DNA of 64,000 nt from Oceanispirochaeta sp. (GCA_963663385.2 CAXXXD010000003.1:672001-736000), one strand, 5' to 3'; shown: positions 38,352 to 49,010, counted from the first letter of the stretch. Translations and numbers: made by a program. The notes: generated by a model not told the origin, from the sequence alone.

Positions 38352-38921
38352 CTAGCTGTTAATCCGTTCCTGGTACTCTTTGGTTTCCACATTGATACGT
38401 ATTTTTTCACCCTGCTTGATAAAGATGGGAACCTTTACGGTCAGGCCGGTTTCCACTTTTACGAATTTGGTAGCACCTGTAACGGTATCGCCTTTTACTG
38501 CGTCTTCCGCTTCGGTTACGATCAGATCCATCTTGGGGGGGAGTTTGATATCCAGAGACTCTTCACCCCAGCGGACAACTTTATAGCTTTCGCCCTCTCT
38601 CAGAAAGTACTGCATATCCTCCATGGCTGCCATGGGAATTTCATACTGCTCATAAGTATCGGCATTCATAAAGTAAAAGTTTTCTCCGTCGGAGTAGAGA
38701 AACTGGGAACTTACATCCTGTACATCGATCTCTTCTACGATATCCTGTGATTTGTGGGTTACTTTCAGTACCGAACCGTTTCTCAGGTTCTTCAGTTTCA
38801 GTCTTACAAAGGCTGATCCTTTTCCGGGGTTAACGAACTCTCTCTCTGTTACGATAAAGGGGATCTCCTTTTCCAGGAGGAAGGTTCCTTTGGCAATTGA
38901 GCCGGCTTTAATCTGTCCCAT
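38352..38921 (-). CDS. efp: Elongation factor P
   Basis: NPGKGSAF, KGDT, ETG..V.VP.FI. Confidence 0.97.
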   Translation of the reverse strand: MGQIKAGSIAKGTFLLEKEIPFIVTEREFVNPGKGSAFVRLKLKNLRNGSVLKVTHKSQDIVEEIDVQDVSSQFLYSDGENFYFMNADTYEQYEIPMAAMEDMQYFLREGESYKVVRWGEESLDIKLPPKMDLIVTEAEDAVKGDTVTGATKFVKVETGLTVKVPIFIKQGEKIRINVETKEYQERINS

Positions 38922-39021
38922 AGTTAATCCTTTTCATATGGGGCGCCGCTGAAATCATTGCAGAACTTCAGGTATGTCGGCTGCCCTTTTTTATATAAAA
39001 TCATTTGGCATAATTTTTTGC

Positions 39022-40014
39022 TCAGGCGAGTATATCACTAAGCGGAAATAAAATCACCCCCTGTATATCCCTCTTTCCCAATATCTGCGCGATCAGCCTG
39101 TCCACCCCGACGGCAGTACCGGAGCAGGAGGGGAATGTTTTGAAAAGATCAGGGTAATCCGGATCGGTCTGTACGGGTATACGGGCCTTCAGATTCTTTT
39201 CCCTGCACTCGGTGGAGTAATACAGACGGACTTTTTCCGGATCGGTCTCTTCTGTATAGCAGTTGGCGACCTCCACTCCGTTCATATAGAGTTCCCAGCG
39301 GTCGGACCAGGGGGTCCCGGGGATATCGGCTGCCAGGGTTTTAAGGGCTGAGGGGTAATTTTTCAAAACCAGGGGGGCGTCCGTGGGGAGTTCCGGTTCC
39401 ACAAGTGTAAGAAAGAGTTTATGAAACAGAACTTCCCAGTCATCCTCCCTGTCCACAGGAATATCATGCTCCCTGTTTTTCATTCTCAGAGCTTCAGATG
39501 AAAGGTTTTCCGAAAGGGAGAATCCCGCCAGTTCGCAGAAAGCATCCTCCATTGTCCAGATTCTGAAAGGGGCTTTCACATTTTCGGGGGTTTCCCGGTC
39601 TGCCAGGGTCCTTACCAGAGCTTCGGTGATCCGGATATTCTCATCGGCGGTTATCCCTGTTCTATACCATTCCAGCATGGTGAATTCGGGGTTGTGTATG
39701 GGGCTGATCTGCTCACTGTTGCGGAAGCTTTTACAGATCTGAAAAATATCCCCCGACCCGCCGGCCAGCAGGGCCTTCATCCAGACTTCCGGTGAGGGGG
39801 TAAGGTAGAGAGGCCTTGACGGTCCATAGGGGGATATCAGATCGCATTTGAAATTTTCTATGGATGATTCGGGTATAAGGTGGGGAGAAAGAAGCGGCGT
39901 TTCCACTTCAAGAAACCCATTGCCTGTAAAAAACTGTCTGATTTTCTGTGTTATAACTGCCCGCTGACGGATAAGCGAAAGGTCCATAACTGCCTCTTGT
40001 TGATTGATTATCAT
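39022..40014 (-). CDS. epmA: EF-P lysine aminoacylase
   Basis: LysRS catalytic-domain-only protein: FLEVETP, LTPSPE..MK, FRN…HNPEFTMLEWY, GVDRL; adjacent to efp. Confidence 0.9.
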   Translation of the reverse strand: MIINQQEAVMDLSLIRQRAVITQKIRQFFTGNGFLEVETPLLSPHLIPESSIENFKCDLISPYGPSRPLYLTPSPEVWMKALLAGGSGDIFQICKSFRNSEQISPIHNPEFTMLEWYRTGITADENIRITEALVRTLADRETPENVKAPFRIWTMEDAFCELAGFSLSENLSSEALRMKNREHDIPVDREDDWEVLFHKLFLTLVEPELPTDAPLVLKNYPSALKTLAADIPGTPWSDRWELYMNGVEVANCYTEETDPEKVRLYYSTECREKNLKARIPVQTDPDYPDLFKTFPSCSGTAVGVDRLIAQILGKRDIQGVILFPLSDILA

Positions 40015-40041
40015 AAATGCTGAAATGTTTTCTTATAAAAG

Positions 40042-40065
40042 AAAAAACCGTCTGCTGACAGACGG
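40042..40065 (-). terminator. Intrinsic terminator after ferredoxin
   Basis: Minus strand CCGTCTG-TCAG-CAGACGG followed by T6. Confidence 0.7.
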
Positions 40066-40088
40066 CTTTATTAGGAAAATATTAATAA

Positions 40089-40262
40089 TTAACCTTCACT
40101 GATGCATTCGGTGGGACAAACATCGGCACAAGCTCCGCAGCTGGTACACAGATCAGGATCGATCACTCTTGCATCATCTTTTTCGCTGATAGCTTCAACC
40201 GGACATTCGCCTTCACAGGCACCGCAGTTAACGCAATCTTCTGCATTGATTACATAGGCCAT
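40089..40262 (-). CDS. 2[4Fe-4S] ferredoxin
   Basis: MAYVI…CVNCGACEGECP…CTSCGACADVCP; GGAGG RBS. Confidence 0.93.
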   Translation of the reverse strand: MAYVINAEDCVNCGACEGECPVEAISEKDDARVIDPDLCTSCGACADVCPTECISEG

Positions 40263-40557
40263 GGGTACTACCTCCATATAACAGTATGAACTTAAACATA
40301 TCCGAAACGAATTTAAATATCAAGAGATTTATCGGGTTTATTCGCTTCTCCCGGCGGAAAGAATCCTGCTTCGGGGAAGCAGAAAAATAATGAGTGAACT
40401 TTTTAAGATTCAATTGACCTCCAGAAAGCGCCGGGGTATAGTGATTTACAACTATTCGGCATAGTGACTATAAACTAGTTAGTGGATAAATACCTATTTG
40501 GACAGGTTTTAAAGTCTATCTCTATAAAGTAAAGCAAATAATGAGGAGTTAACTTGT

Positions 40558-42462
40558 ATGGAAGCAACTATCATGAAGCAGCTGCAGACAATCGTGCGGC
40601 AGTTTCCCGATCAGCCGGCTCAGAAAAGCAAGGATAAGGATGGCAATTATCAAACCACCAGTTACAGAACCTTCTATCAGGAAGTTCAGGAAGCGGCTGC
40701 GGGGTTTATGGAAATCGGCATCAGACGGGAAGAGACTGTCGGGATAATTGCAGACAACAGAAAAGAGTGGCTGATCTGCGATATGGGGCTTCTTTGCATC
40801 GGTGCCAGCGATGCCCCCAGGGGATGTGATATCACAACAAAAATTCTGGTTCATATTCTGGGTATCCCCGAATGTTCCTCTGTTATTCTGGAAAACTCTC
40901 ATCAGCTGGATAAGGTTCTGGAGGTCAGGGATGAGCTGCCGGCGCTTAAACAGATTATTATGCTGGAGCCGGCAGAAGAGGAGACTCTTTCAAAAGCAGG
41001 AGAGTACAGGATCATTAATTTCAGCGATTTTATGGAAATGGGAAAAAAGAAACTTTCTGAATCCCCTTCCATGATTGAAGAAGAGATTGCAAAGGGCCGG
41101 CCCGAAGATATTGCCACCATTATTTTTACTTCCGGCACAACAGGTGTACCCAAAGGGGTTATGCTCAGCAACTCAAGCTATGTTTACCAGGCGGAAGCCA
41201 TGCTGCATGTTATTGACGTAACCGAGAATGACACCTGGCTGACCATCCTGCCCGTATGGCACTCCTTTGAACGGATCATTCAGTATGTTTCCGCTCTGAA
41301 CGGAGCCTGTCTAGGCTACTCAAAACCTGTTGGAAAAACCCTGCTCAATGACCTCCAGGTCATTCAGCCGACCCTCTTTACGGCTGTGCCCCGGCTGTGG
41401 GACGCCCTGTATGCGGGGATCTTCCGGAATATCAAAGGAAAGGGAGAGAAAGTCGAAAAACTGTTTAACTTCTTTCTCAAAGTGGCGACCCGGGATGAGC
41501 ACTTTAAAAGAATCCTGGAAGACCGCTATCCCGATTATACGGGAAAATCCAATTCTTTTAGGAAATTCAGCGCTTCTCTGGGACGGATCGGTACTCTGCC
41601 TCTCAGGAAAGCCGGGGATAAAATCCTGTTCAGCAAAGTAGTGGAGGGGATGTTTCCCAGACTGAGAGCCGGCATCTCCGGCGGAGGGGCTCTGCAGAAA
41701 AATGTGGACGAATTCTACTCTGCCGTGGGCATAAAGGTTCTGGAAGGGTACGGCCTGACCGAATCCGGCCCTGTCATCAGTGTCCGTGACGAGAACCATC
41801 CCGTCGTGAATACAGTAGGGCCCGCCTTTATCGGAACCGAGATTAAAGTACTGGATCAGGATGGAAAGGTTCTTCCTGCGGGAGAAAGAGGGGTTCTTCA
41901 TATCAGGGGCCCCCAGGTTATGAAGGGGTACTATAAAAATCAGGAACTGACCGATAGTGTCCTGTCCGGAGACGGATGGCTGAATACGGGCGATATAGCG
42001 GTTATTTCATTGAACAACGAAATAACGCTGGTCGGACGGGCAAAGGATACGATCGTTCTGCTGGGCGGTGAAAATGTCGAACCAGTTCCCCTGGAGTCGA
42101 AGCTGAAGGAATCTCCCTACATCGATAATGCTGTGGTACTGGGGCAGGATAAAAAATACCTGTCTGCTTTGATTGTTCCCGATTTCGATACTCTGGAGGC
42201 TTATGCCAAGGAGAACGGGATCATGTATGAGGACAGGGAGCACCTGGGGGAATCCCCCGAAATCAGGGAAATGATCAATCAGGAGATTGCCGATCTTGTT
42301 TCCCCGGGCAACGGCTTTTCCACATTTGAAAGGATCTATCAGTTCACCATCCTTCAGAACTCCTTTGAAGTGGGAAAAGAGCTGTCCGCCAAGATGGAGC
42401 TTTTAAGACCGGAAATCTACGAGCTGTACGCTTCAGAAATAGAGGACCTGCTGGAAAAGTAA
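40558..42462 (+). CDS. Long-chain fatty-acid-CoA ligase (AMP-binding)
   Basis: FTSGTTGVPKG, EGYGLTE, GWLNTGD, GRAKD, GENVEP. Confidence 0.9.
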   Translation: MEATIMKQLQTIVRQFPDQPAQKSKDKDGNYQTTSYRTFYQEVQEAAAGFMEIGIRREETVGIIADNRKEWLICDMGLLCIGASDAPRGCDITTKILVHILGIPECSSVILENSHQLDKVLEVRDELPALKQIIMLEPAEEETLSKAGEYRIINFSDFMEMGKKKLSESPSMIEEEIAKGRPEDIATIIFTSGTTGVPKGVMLSNSSYVYQAEAMLHVIDVTENDTWLTILPVWHSFERIIQYVSALNGACLGYSKPVGKTLLNDLQVIQPTLFTAVPRLWDALYAGIFRNIKGKGEKVEKLFNFFLKVATRDEHFKRILEDRYPDYTGKSNSFRKFSASLGRIGTLPLRKAGDKILFSKVVEGMFPRLRAGISGGGALQKNVDEFYSAVGIKVLEGYGLTESGPVISVRDENHPVVNTVGPAFIGTEIKVLDQDGKVLPAGERGVLHIRGPQVMKGYYKNQELTDSVLSGDGWLNTGDIAVISLNNEITLVGRAKDTIVLLGGENVEPVPLESKLKESPYIDNAVVLGQDKKYLSALIVPDFDTLEAYAKENGIMYEDREHLGESPEIREMINQEIADLVSPGNGFSTFERIYQFTILQNSFEVGKELSAKMELLRPEIYELYASEIEDLLEK

Positions 42463-42463
42463 A

Positions 42464-42573
42464 CCTCCCCCGACCCCTCCTCAGGAGGGGAGAGTGTCTT
42501 GATTCCCTGGCTGAGAGGCGGCTGTGAAATGCGACAGCCTTACCTCTCCCCTGTGGGGAGACTGAGAGGGGTC
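42464..42573. repeat. Inverted pair of REP-like palindromes
   Basis: CCCCTCC-TCA-GGAGGGG (42474-42490) and CTCCCC-TGT-GGGGAG…GAGAGGGG (42546-42573); same style as the elements at 4315 and 31065. Confidence 0.55.
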
Positions 42574-42703
42574 TTGTGACTGAGATGAGTATGGAAGAAA
42601 ATAGAGGACTGCCTGCAAAAAAAATATTTTTTTGCTGCAGTCCTTTTTTATAAAATGCTGATAAAATAGAGATAACAGATAGAATAGGTACGGAGGATTA
42701 ATT

Positions 42704-43261
42704 ATGAGCAGAGTTGCAATTATTCTGGCTGAGGGACTGGAAGAAGTTGAGGCCGTTACCCCCATAGATTTTTTAAGAAGAGCCGGTATCAGCGTGGTAA
42801 CCGTCGGATTGACGGGAAGAGAAATAACGGGCGCCCACGGTATTACGATTCTGGCCGATACGGTGTTGTCTGATTTTGACGGAAGGGTCGATTGTATATT
42901 GATTCCCGGAGGAATGCCCGGAGCGGCCAATATTGCAGCCAGCAGGGATATTGTTGAGCTTGTGAGAGCATTTTATAAGGAAAGTAAACTGGTTGCGGCA
43001 ATTTGTGCCGCACCTGCTCTGGTGCTGGGCAAGGCTGCGGGTATTCTGAAAAACCGGTCTTACACCTGCTACCCCGGAATGGAGTCCGAAGCCGGGCCTG
43101 ATGGACGGTATACGGGAGAAAGGGTCGTGGTAGACGGGAATCTTATAACCGGATGCGGTCCCGGAGGGGCGGCTGAATTTACAGCGGCTGTTATTACAGC
43201 CCTTGCCGGAAAAAGCAGGGCAGATGAAGTAATGCGCGGCTCCCTGCAGGCAGGCTGCTGA
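42704..43261 (+). CDS. DJ-1/YajL/ThiJ family protein
   Basis: GLEEVEA..PID.LRRAG, PGGMPGA, AAICAAP, TCYPG. Confidence 0.92.
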   Translation: MSRVAIILAEGLEEVEAVTPIDFLRRAGISVVTVGLTGREITGAHGITILADTVLSDFDGRVDCILIPGGMPGAANIAASRDIVELVRAFYKESKLVAAICAAPALVLGKAAGILKNRSYTCYPGMESEAGPDGRYTGERVVVDGNLITGCGPGGAAEFTAAVITALAGKSRADEVMRGSLQAGC

Positions 43262-43262
43262 T

Positions 43263-44477
43263 ATGAAAGAGATGACGATCATTGCCGAAGGCCATCTTAT
43301 TGATTCGGGCCTTCTGTCCAGTATCCTCAATTTTATCCTGGAAGAGGGGATGGACTACCGTATTACCGGAATGGATGTGGGAAAAACGAAGAATGAAACT
43401 ACCCGTGCGGAAATCCTGGTATTCGGAACAACCGATGAGAGCCTGCAGGAGATTATGACGAAGCTGACTCCCCTGGGGGCTTACGAAAAGGGGGCCGTCA
43501 ATGCCCAGTTTGAAGCCGCTCCCCGGGATAAAACGGCCCCTGTTAAGTTCTATTCCACCACCAACCACCGGACGGAAGTATATAGGGACGGAAAGTGGAA
43601 TCCTGTAGAGCATCAGAGGATGGATGCTGTTATAGTTCGTAAGGATGAGCGCTTAATCTGTACAAAAATACGGGATATTGTAAAAGGCGACGAGGTCCTC
43701 TGCGGGAGTGAGTCGGTTCATGTGTATCCTCCCCAGGCCGAGAAGAAGGACGACGGTTTTGCGTTTATGACCAATGAGGTCTCATCCGAGCGGAGTTATG
43801 ATATTGCTGTGGATACCATAGCCACGGAACTCCAGCAGATAAAAGACAGAGGCGGCAAGACCGTTGTAGTCTGCGGTCCCGTGGTCGTTCATACCGGAGG
43901 TGCTCCCGCTCTGGCAGCGCTGATAAAAGCCGGGTATATTCAGGGCTTTCTGGGAGGGAACGCTGTTGCCGTTCACGATCTGGAATCCTATTTTTACGGA
44001 ACCTCCCTGGGGGTAGACCTTGAAACGGGAAAACCGACTCACGGCGGTCATAATCACCATATGCGTGCCATCAACAAAATCAACAGTTACGGTTCGATCA
44101 GGGAAACCATCAATGCGGGCGAGTTGGACAGAGGCCTGATGTATGAAGTCATAAAGGCGGATATCCCCTACTGTCTGGCCGGGTCAATCCGTGACGACGG
44201 CCCCCTTCCAGAAACGGTAATGGATATGATTGAAGCCCAGTCCCAGTATGCGGAGATCATAAAGGATACGGATATGATCCTGATGCTTTCCTCCATGCTG
44301 CACTCCATCGGTACGGGAAACATGACCCCTTCCTGGGTAAAAACGGTCTGTATTGACATCAACCCGGCTGTGGTTACCAAGCTGGCAGACAGGGGCAGCG
44401 GGCAGGCAGTAGGTATCGTCAGCGATGTAGGCCTTTTTCTGATTGCATTGGCTAAGCGGCTGCGTCTGAACTTCTAA
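43263..44477 (+). CDS. TIGR00300 / LOR-SDH-region protein (probable ornithine cyclodeaminase type)
   Basis: EGHLIDSG, FYSTTNH, F.FM..EVSSER, GGNAVAVHD, LAGSIRDDGPLP, VTKLADRGS. Confidence 0.85.
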   Translation: MKEMTIIAEGHLIDSGLLSSILNFILEEGMDYRITGMDVGKTKNETTRAEILVFGTTDESLQEIMTKLTPLGAYEKGAVNAQFEAAPRDKTAPVKFYSTTNHRTEVYRDGKWNPVEHQRMDAVIVRKDERLICTKIRDIVKGDEVLCGSESVHVYPPQAEKKDDGFAFMTNEVSSERSYDIAVDTIATELQQIKDRGGKTVVVCGPVVVHTGGAPALAALIKAGYIQGFLGGNAVAVHDLESYFYGTSLGVDLETGKPTHGGHNHHMRAINKINSYGSIRETINAGELDRGLMYEVIKADIPYCLAGSIRDDGPLPETVMDMIEAQSQYAEIIKDTDMILMLSSMLHSIGTGNMTPSWVKTVCIDINPAVVTKLADRGSGQAVGIVSDVGLFLIALAKRLRLNF

Positions 44478-44479
44478 AT

Positions 44480-44600
44480 CATAAGTCCCCTTTTGATCAA
44501 ATACTGCGTTAGAAAACTGCACGGGGTGCTCATGTATCAAAGATACACTCCGCTCCCGGTTCATTTTCTGTCTTGTCTTTGATCAAAATCATGACTTATG
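44480..44600. mobile_element. MITE-like element, about 121 bp
   Basis: Imperfect terminal inverted repeats CATAAGTC-ccc-TTTTGATCAAA / TTTGATCAAAA-tcat-GACTTATG; internal hairpin TGTATC-AAA-GATACA. Confidence 0.55.
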
Positions 44601-44620
44601 GGGGTTTTCCCCCCTCCACT

Positions 44621-44666
44621 AAAAAAAGGCTGTCAAACCCGGTTCGAACCGGGAATTGACAGCCTT
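44621..44666 (-). terminator. Intrinsic terminator after ackA
   Basis: AAGGCTGTCAA…CCCGGTTCGAACCGGG…TTGACAGCCTT with T7 on the minus strand. Confidence 0.75.
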
Positions 44667-44687
44667 GTTGTTTATAAGACGGAAGAA

Positions 44688-46022
44688 TTACAGTTCTACA
44701 ATTACATCTTTCAGAGCGGGATTCTTCTCGATGTTACCGGGAAGGGCTCTCTCTCTGGCCTTGTTTTTATACTCTTTACTCTGGAAGTAGTAGGTATAGT
44801 TTGTGTGAACATCGTAGCTGCCGTTCATCAGGGCATAGGTATCTTCTGTCATGACAAGTTCCTCATCTGTGGGAATAACAAAAACCTTTACAGGAGAATT
44901 GTCGGCTGAGATACAGGTCTCGCAGTTTCTGGAAATGGAAGCGGCATTCTTTTTCTCGTCCAGAATAATTCCCATGTTTTCCAGTCCCTGGAGGGATTTC
45001 ATTCTGTAGGTGGGGTTCATCTCTCCTACACCGGCTGTAAATACAACGGCGTCCACTCTGCCCAGTGCGGCATAATAGGAACCAATGTACTTTTTGATAC
45101 GGTAAGCTTCCATATCCTGAGCCAGGGTTGCTCTCTCTTCGCCTTTTTCGACTCCCGCCTGAACATCCCGTCTGTCCACAGTCCCTTCCGTAATTCCGAA
45201 AACTCCGCTTTTCTTGTTCATGGTGTCATCCATTTCTTTGGCATCCATACCGGTTTCATTCATCATATAGGTAACGATGGCGGGATCGATGTCTCCGCAT
45301 CTGGTGCCCATCATCAGGCCTTCAAGGGGAGTCATTCCCATGGAGGTATCAAAGCCCTTGCCGTCCTTTACGGCACACATGGAAGCGCCGTTACCGATAT
45401 GGGCAATGATAACGTTTGTTTTGGCAGGATCCTTGTCCATAAGAACAGAGGCTCTTTTGGCAGTGTACAGGTAGGATGTCCCGTGGAAACCATAGCGTCT
45501 TACATTATTTTCCTTGTACCACTTATAGGGAAGAGCATACATAAAGGACAGGGAAGGCATGGTCTGGTGCCAGGCTGTATCCATTACGGCACAGTGGGGA
45601 ACGGAAGGAAGAACCGCCATTGCTGCCCTGATACCAGTGATATTGGCGGGATTGTGCAGAGGCGCCAGGTGGTTGAGGCTTTCAAACTCTTTCAGAACTT
45701 CATCATTAACAATTACGGACTTTTTGAAAGCTTCTCCTCCGTGTACAACGCGATGACCAACAGCTTTGATTTCGCCCATATCGCTGATACAGCCGGCTTT
45801 TTCATCCAGAATGGTACTGATAATCCATTCTATGGCTTCCTTGTGGGAAGGACAGGCCTTCTTTTCTTCAAACTCGGGTTTATCAAGGGGTTTGTGTTCG
45901 ATATTGGATATATCCTGTCCGATTCTCTCTACCATTCCTACACCAAGGACTTCTTTTTTGTCCCAGTCATAAACCTGAAATTTTGCAGAAGAACTTCCGC
46001 AGTTCAGTGTTAAAATAACCAT
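44688..46022 (-). CDS. ackA: Acetate kinase
   Basis: [51 protein letters not shown]. Confidence 0.97.
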   Translation of the reverse strand: MVILTLNCGSSSAKFQVYDWDKKEVLGVGMVERIGQDISNIEHKPLDKPEFEEKKACPSHKEAIEWIISTILDEKAGCISDMGEIKAVGHRVVHGGEAFKKSVIVNDEVLKEFESLNHLAPLHNPANITGIRAAMAVLPSVPHCAVMDTAWHQTMPSLSFMYALPYKWYKENNVRRYGFHGTSYLYTAKRASVLMDKDPAKTNVIIAHIGNGASMCAVKDGKGFDTSMGMTPLEGLMMGTRCGDIDPAIVTYMMNETGMDAKEMDDTMNKKSGVFGITEGTVDRRDVQAGVEKGEERATLAQDMEAYRIKKYIGSYYAALGRVDAVVFTAGVGEMNPTYRMKSLQGLENMGIILDEKKNAASISRNCETCISADNSPVKVFVIPTDEELVMTEDTYALMNGSYDVHTNYTYYFQSKEYKNKARERALPGNIEKNPALKDVIVEL

Positions 46023-46271
46023 TTCATTCCTCCAGAGTAATACTTGCTAAATCTAAATCCGTAATTTGTACGGTAAAAGGCAGTAAAATTAAAATTTTGT
46101 TTTATTGTACAGTATGGAAAATAAAATTCAAGTCAGTGTACCTAAGGAAAGGGGTTTATCAGTATTTTTTTACTTTTAGATCTGTGCTAATTCTTCACTG
46201 TTATATTGCAGTTTTTACATTTATAAAAAAAATAACTTTGTGAATCCGAATTCCTGTTATATAATTATCCG

Positions 46272-47240
46272 GTGATTCAAGAAAGTGATGGTTCCCTTAA
46301 ATCCGGCGGAGAAGCTTTTACATTTAAAGCAGCAGACGGTGTTATGATTCATGGATGCCGTTGGATACCCGCAGAAAAAACAGTAAAAAGCATATTAATA
46401 ATCAATCACGGTATGGCCGAGCATATCCGGCGGTATAATGATTTTTCCCTTTTCCTGAATGAAAAGGGAATAGCCGTCTGGGGCGAGGATCACCGCGGAC
46501 ACGGGAAAACCGCCGGAGAAGAAACCAATCTGGGATATTTTGCCGATTCCGAAGGCTGGATGAAAGTCGTGGAGGATATCCGCAGTCTGTTCCTTCAGGT
46601 CAGAGAGGAGAATCCCGGCATTCCGGTTTTTATGATGGGGCACAGTATGGGGTCGTTTCTGACCCGGCACTACCTCAGTATATACGGAGATGACGGTCTG
46701 GCCGGAGCTATTATTTCCGGAACAGGATATACCTCCGGCGCCCTGGCTTCTATCGGCAGTCTGATCGCCAGCTTTGAAATCAGGACGAAGGGAAAACGGA
46801 ATCGCAGCAAGGTGCTGGACAATATGAGTTTCGGCTCCTTCAACAAGCCTTTTAAGGGAGAAGGCACCAGTGGCTTCGAATGGCTGAGCCGGGACAGGGA
46901 ACAGGTTCAGAAATACACCAGTGACCCCCTGTGCGGGTTTATCTGTACTTCGGGTCACTTCAAAGACCTCTTTTCGGGTGTGAAGATTATTAACAGTTTA
47001 AAGGCTTTTCAGAATACTACAGATAAACTGCCCCTGCTTATGATTTCCGGCGACAGGGACCCTGTGGGGAATAACGGCAGAGGCGTCCGGAAAGTCTATG
47101 ATCTGTACAGGAAAACGGGTCAACGGGATATAACCCTTCATCTGCTCACAGAGGGCAGACACGAATGCCTTAATGAAATCAACAAATCAGAAGTCTATAA
47201 TATTCTGTCCGACTGGATGGAAAAAAAAGTGATCGGCTGA
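46272..47240 (+). CDS. Alpha/beta hydrolase (lysophospholipase-like)
   Basis: HGMAEH, DHRGHG, GHSMG, GDRDPV, RHE.LNE. Confidence 0.9.
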   Translation: MIQESDGSLKSGGEAFTFKAADGVMIHGCRWIPAEKTVKSILIINHGMAEHIRRYNDFSLFLNEKGIAVWGEDHRGHGKTAGEETNLGYFADSEGWMKVVEDIRSLFLQVREENPGIPVFMMGHSMGSFLTRHYLSIYGDDGLAGAIISGTGYTSGALASIGSLIASFEIRTKGKRNRSKVLDNMSFGSFNKPFKGEGTSGFEWLSRDREQVQKYTSDPLCGFICTSGHFKDLFSGVKIINSLKAFQNTTDKLPLLMISGDRDPVGNNGRGVRKVYDLYRKTGQRDITLHLLTEGRHECLNEINKSEVYNILSDWMEKKVIG

Positions 47241-47312
47241 GTTTTTTATAAAACCGGCAAAAAAGGGGAATTGCCTTAATTTCATAGGGAATTAATGGCG
47301 CAAAAGGAGTTG

Positions 47313-47346
47313 GAGGCTGTCTCATCCGGGACAGCCTCTTTTTTTT
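47313..47346 (+). terminator. Intrinsic terminator
   Basis: GAGGCTGTCTC-ATCC-GGGACAGCCTC followed by T8. Confidence 0.75.
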
Positions 47347-47381
47347 GAATCATCCCGGCTTCCCGTGCTGTAGAAGCTGAT

Positions 47382-48701
47382 ATGATGAAAATTACGGTAA
47401 TCTTCCTTCTCGGGTTTCAATTTTTTCTTCTGGGAGCAGCAGAACAGACTCTTCGAAGCCAGTGGCGTCTTGAGGAATCTTCTACCTCATTTTTCTACCG
47501 CCTGGAGGAGGATGATGTTTCTACGGAGCTTCTGCTTCGCGCGGACGAATCCTTTAACGGGATTGAGCCTGCCCGCTTTATCTTTGATTCGCCCTTTATC
47601 CTGGCGGGGACAATCAAACCTCTGGGGATGTTTAAACTGTTTGAACTGGACTCGCTTATCGGCAGGGAGTCTCTTAAGGACAGGAGCCGCTACGGGGCGG
47701 ACAGGAGCGCAGAGTCCCTGGATAACCCGGGTGGCGCAGTTTTCTGGCCGGAGTGGGGAGGCCTGTTTTTTGAAACGAACCGGCAGCAGTATTTTAACGG
47801 AGGAACCTGGCTCAGCCTGGAACCGGGTTCCTGTTCCCATCTGGATTGTGCCCTGGATATAAGCATCCGGGAGGATGAGGAAACGGAAGATCCGGAAGAA
47901 GCTGAATGGTTCAGGGAGTCCCCTTCCGATGTGACGGGTTCCCTCCTTCATGCCGGTTCGGACCTGCGTTTTGATTACCGGTTTCTGAGCCTGAGGGTAA
48001 GAACTTCCCTGTCGGTAGGGGACCATTACTTTCCGGGTGTTTCTGTGCTGCCGGAAATCCATTTTATTTTTGACAGGGTTGCCCTTTATACCCGTTACTG
48101 GCGGAACTCCGCGGATTACCGGACCCGCTTTATGGAGTACCCGGACTGGAACTGGCAGTTTGAGGGAGAAGCCCTCTACTATACGGGCTGCGGCTTCTGG
48201 AGTCTGAAGGGATTAACGGGCCGGCCCAGACCGGAATCTCCTCCCTCCCCCCAAACCTGTGACCTGCCCTGCCAGGAGTATAATCTCAAATGGCAGAGGG
48301 AAGGAGACAGGCTGGACTGGCAGCTGAAGGGAACAGGATCTCTGGATCCGGAGGAATCCTCTCCTTATCAGCTGGGGGCTGAGGGATCTCTGGGCGTTCG
48401 TCTGGGCAGCTGGTATCTGAAAGGGGGAGGAGGGGGGCAGTGGGAGGGCTTTCCCCTCTGGCCTCTGTCCCGCAATGCCGAGATTCTGCTGCGGCACAGG
48501 GTAAAAGGACTGGTTCAGAACAGCCTGAAACTCTCCTGTTCGGCGGATGAGGACGGAACCGGCTGGGAGCCGGCCTGGTCCGGCACTGTTTTCCTGGGAA
48601 GGTGGAACTTCAGCGCCTCAGCCGCTTATGAAATGATGGAGTGGGGAGACCCGGCGCGGTCGCCCTTCTCCATGACCTTGAAAATCGAGTGGTCCGGTTA
48701 A
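47382..48701 (+). CDS. Hypothetical secreted protein, beta-strand-rich (possible outer-membrane barrel)
   Basis: Signal peptide; alternating aromatic/Gly strands; ends …LKIEWSG. Confidence 0.6.
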   Translation: MMKITVIFLLGFQFFLLGAAEQTLRSQWRLEESSTSFFYRLEEDDVSTELLLRADESFNGIEPARFIFDSPFILAGTIKPLGMFKLFELDSLIGRESLKDRSRYGADRSAESLDNPGGAVFWPEWGGLFFETNRQQYFNGGTWLSLEPGSCSHLDCALDISIREDEETEDPEEAEWFRESPSDVTGSLLHAGSDLRFDYRFLSLRVRTSLSVGDHYFPGVSVLPEIHFIFDRVALYTRYWRNSADYRTRFMEYPDWNWQFEGEALYYTGCGFWSLKGLTGRPRPESPPSPQTCDLPCQEYNLKWQREGDRLDWQLKGTGSLDPEESSPYQLGAEGSLGVRLGSWYLKGGGGGQWEGFPLWPLSRNAEILLRHRVKGLVQNSLKLSCSADEDGTGWEPAWSGTVFLGRWNFSASAAYEMMEWGDPARSPFSMTLKIEWSG

Positions 48702-48985
48702 GCGCTTTCTACCCCGGAATCCCGGGCTTCCACGGTTTCCGTGATTTTCTGTACAGCCTCATCCAGGGAGAGCCCGTGATAGGTGGTCCCCCCTATGGCC
48801 AGGCAGGGTTCCCTTTTCATCCTGTCCTTGTCCCGGCAGTAGCCCATACAGGGGCTTCCTTCAATCTCAACCCTGTTTTTTACGGTATCCGGAAGGTTAT
48901 CCATCAGCATCAGGTAGTTGCTTCCCCCCAGGATGTAGCAGGTTGTTCCTGTACAGATGGTGACTTTGATTCTTTCATTCTTCAT
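48698..48985 (-). CDS. Thioredoxin-like [2Fe-2S] protein (NuoE-like)
   Basis: ICTGTTC…CMGYC; AAGGAG RBS. Confidence 0.8.
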   Translation of the reverse strand: MKNERIKVTICTGTTCYILGGSNYLMLMDNLPDTVKNRVEIEGSPCMGYCRDKDRMKREPCLAIGGTTYHGLSLDEAVQKITETVEARDSGVESA

Positions 48986-49010
48986 AATTCCTACTCCTTA
49001 CAGGGATTTC

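Noticed and set aside
47255..47346. c-di-GMP-I riboswitch (GGCAAA…GCGCAAA before a terminator)
   Set aside because: No GNRA-capped P2 at the right spacing and no P3. The terminator is adequately explained as the end of the hydrolase transcript.
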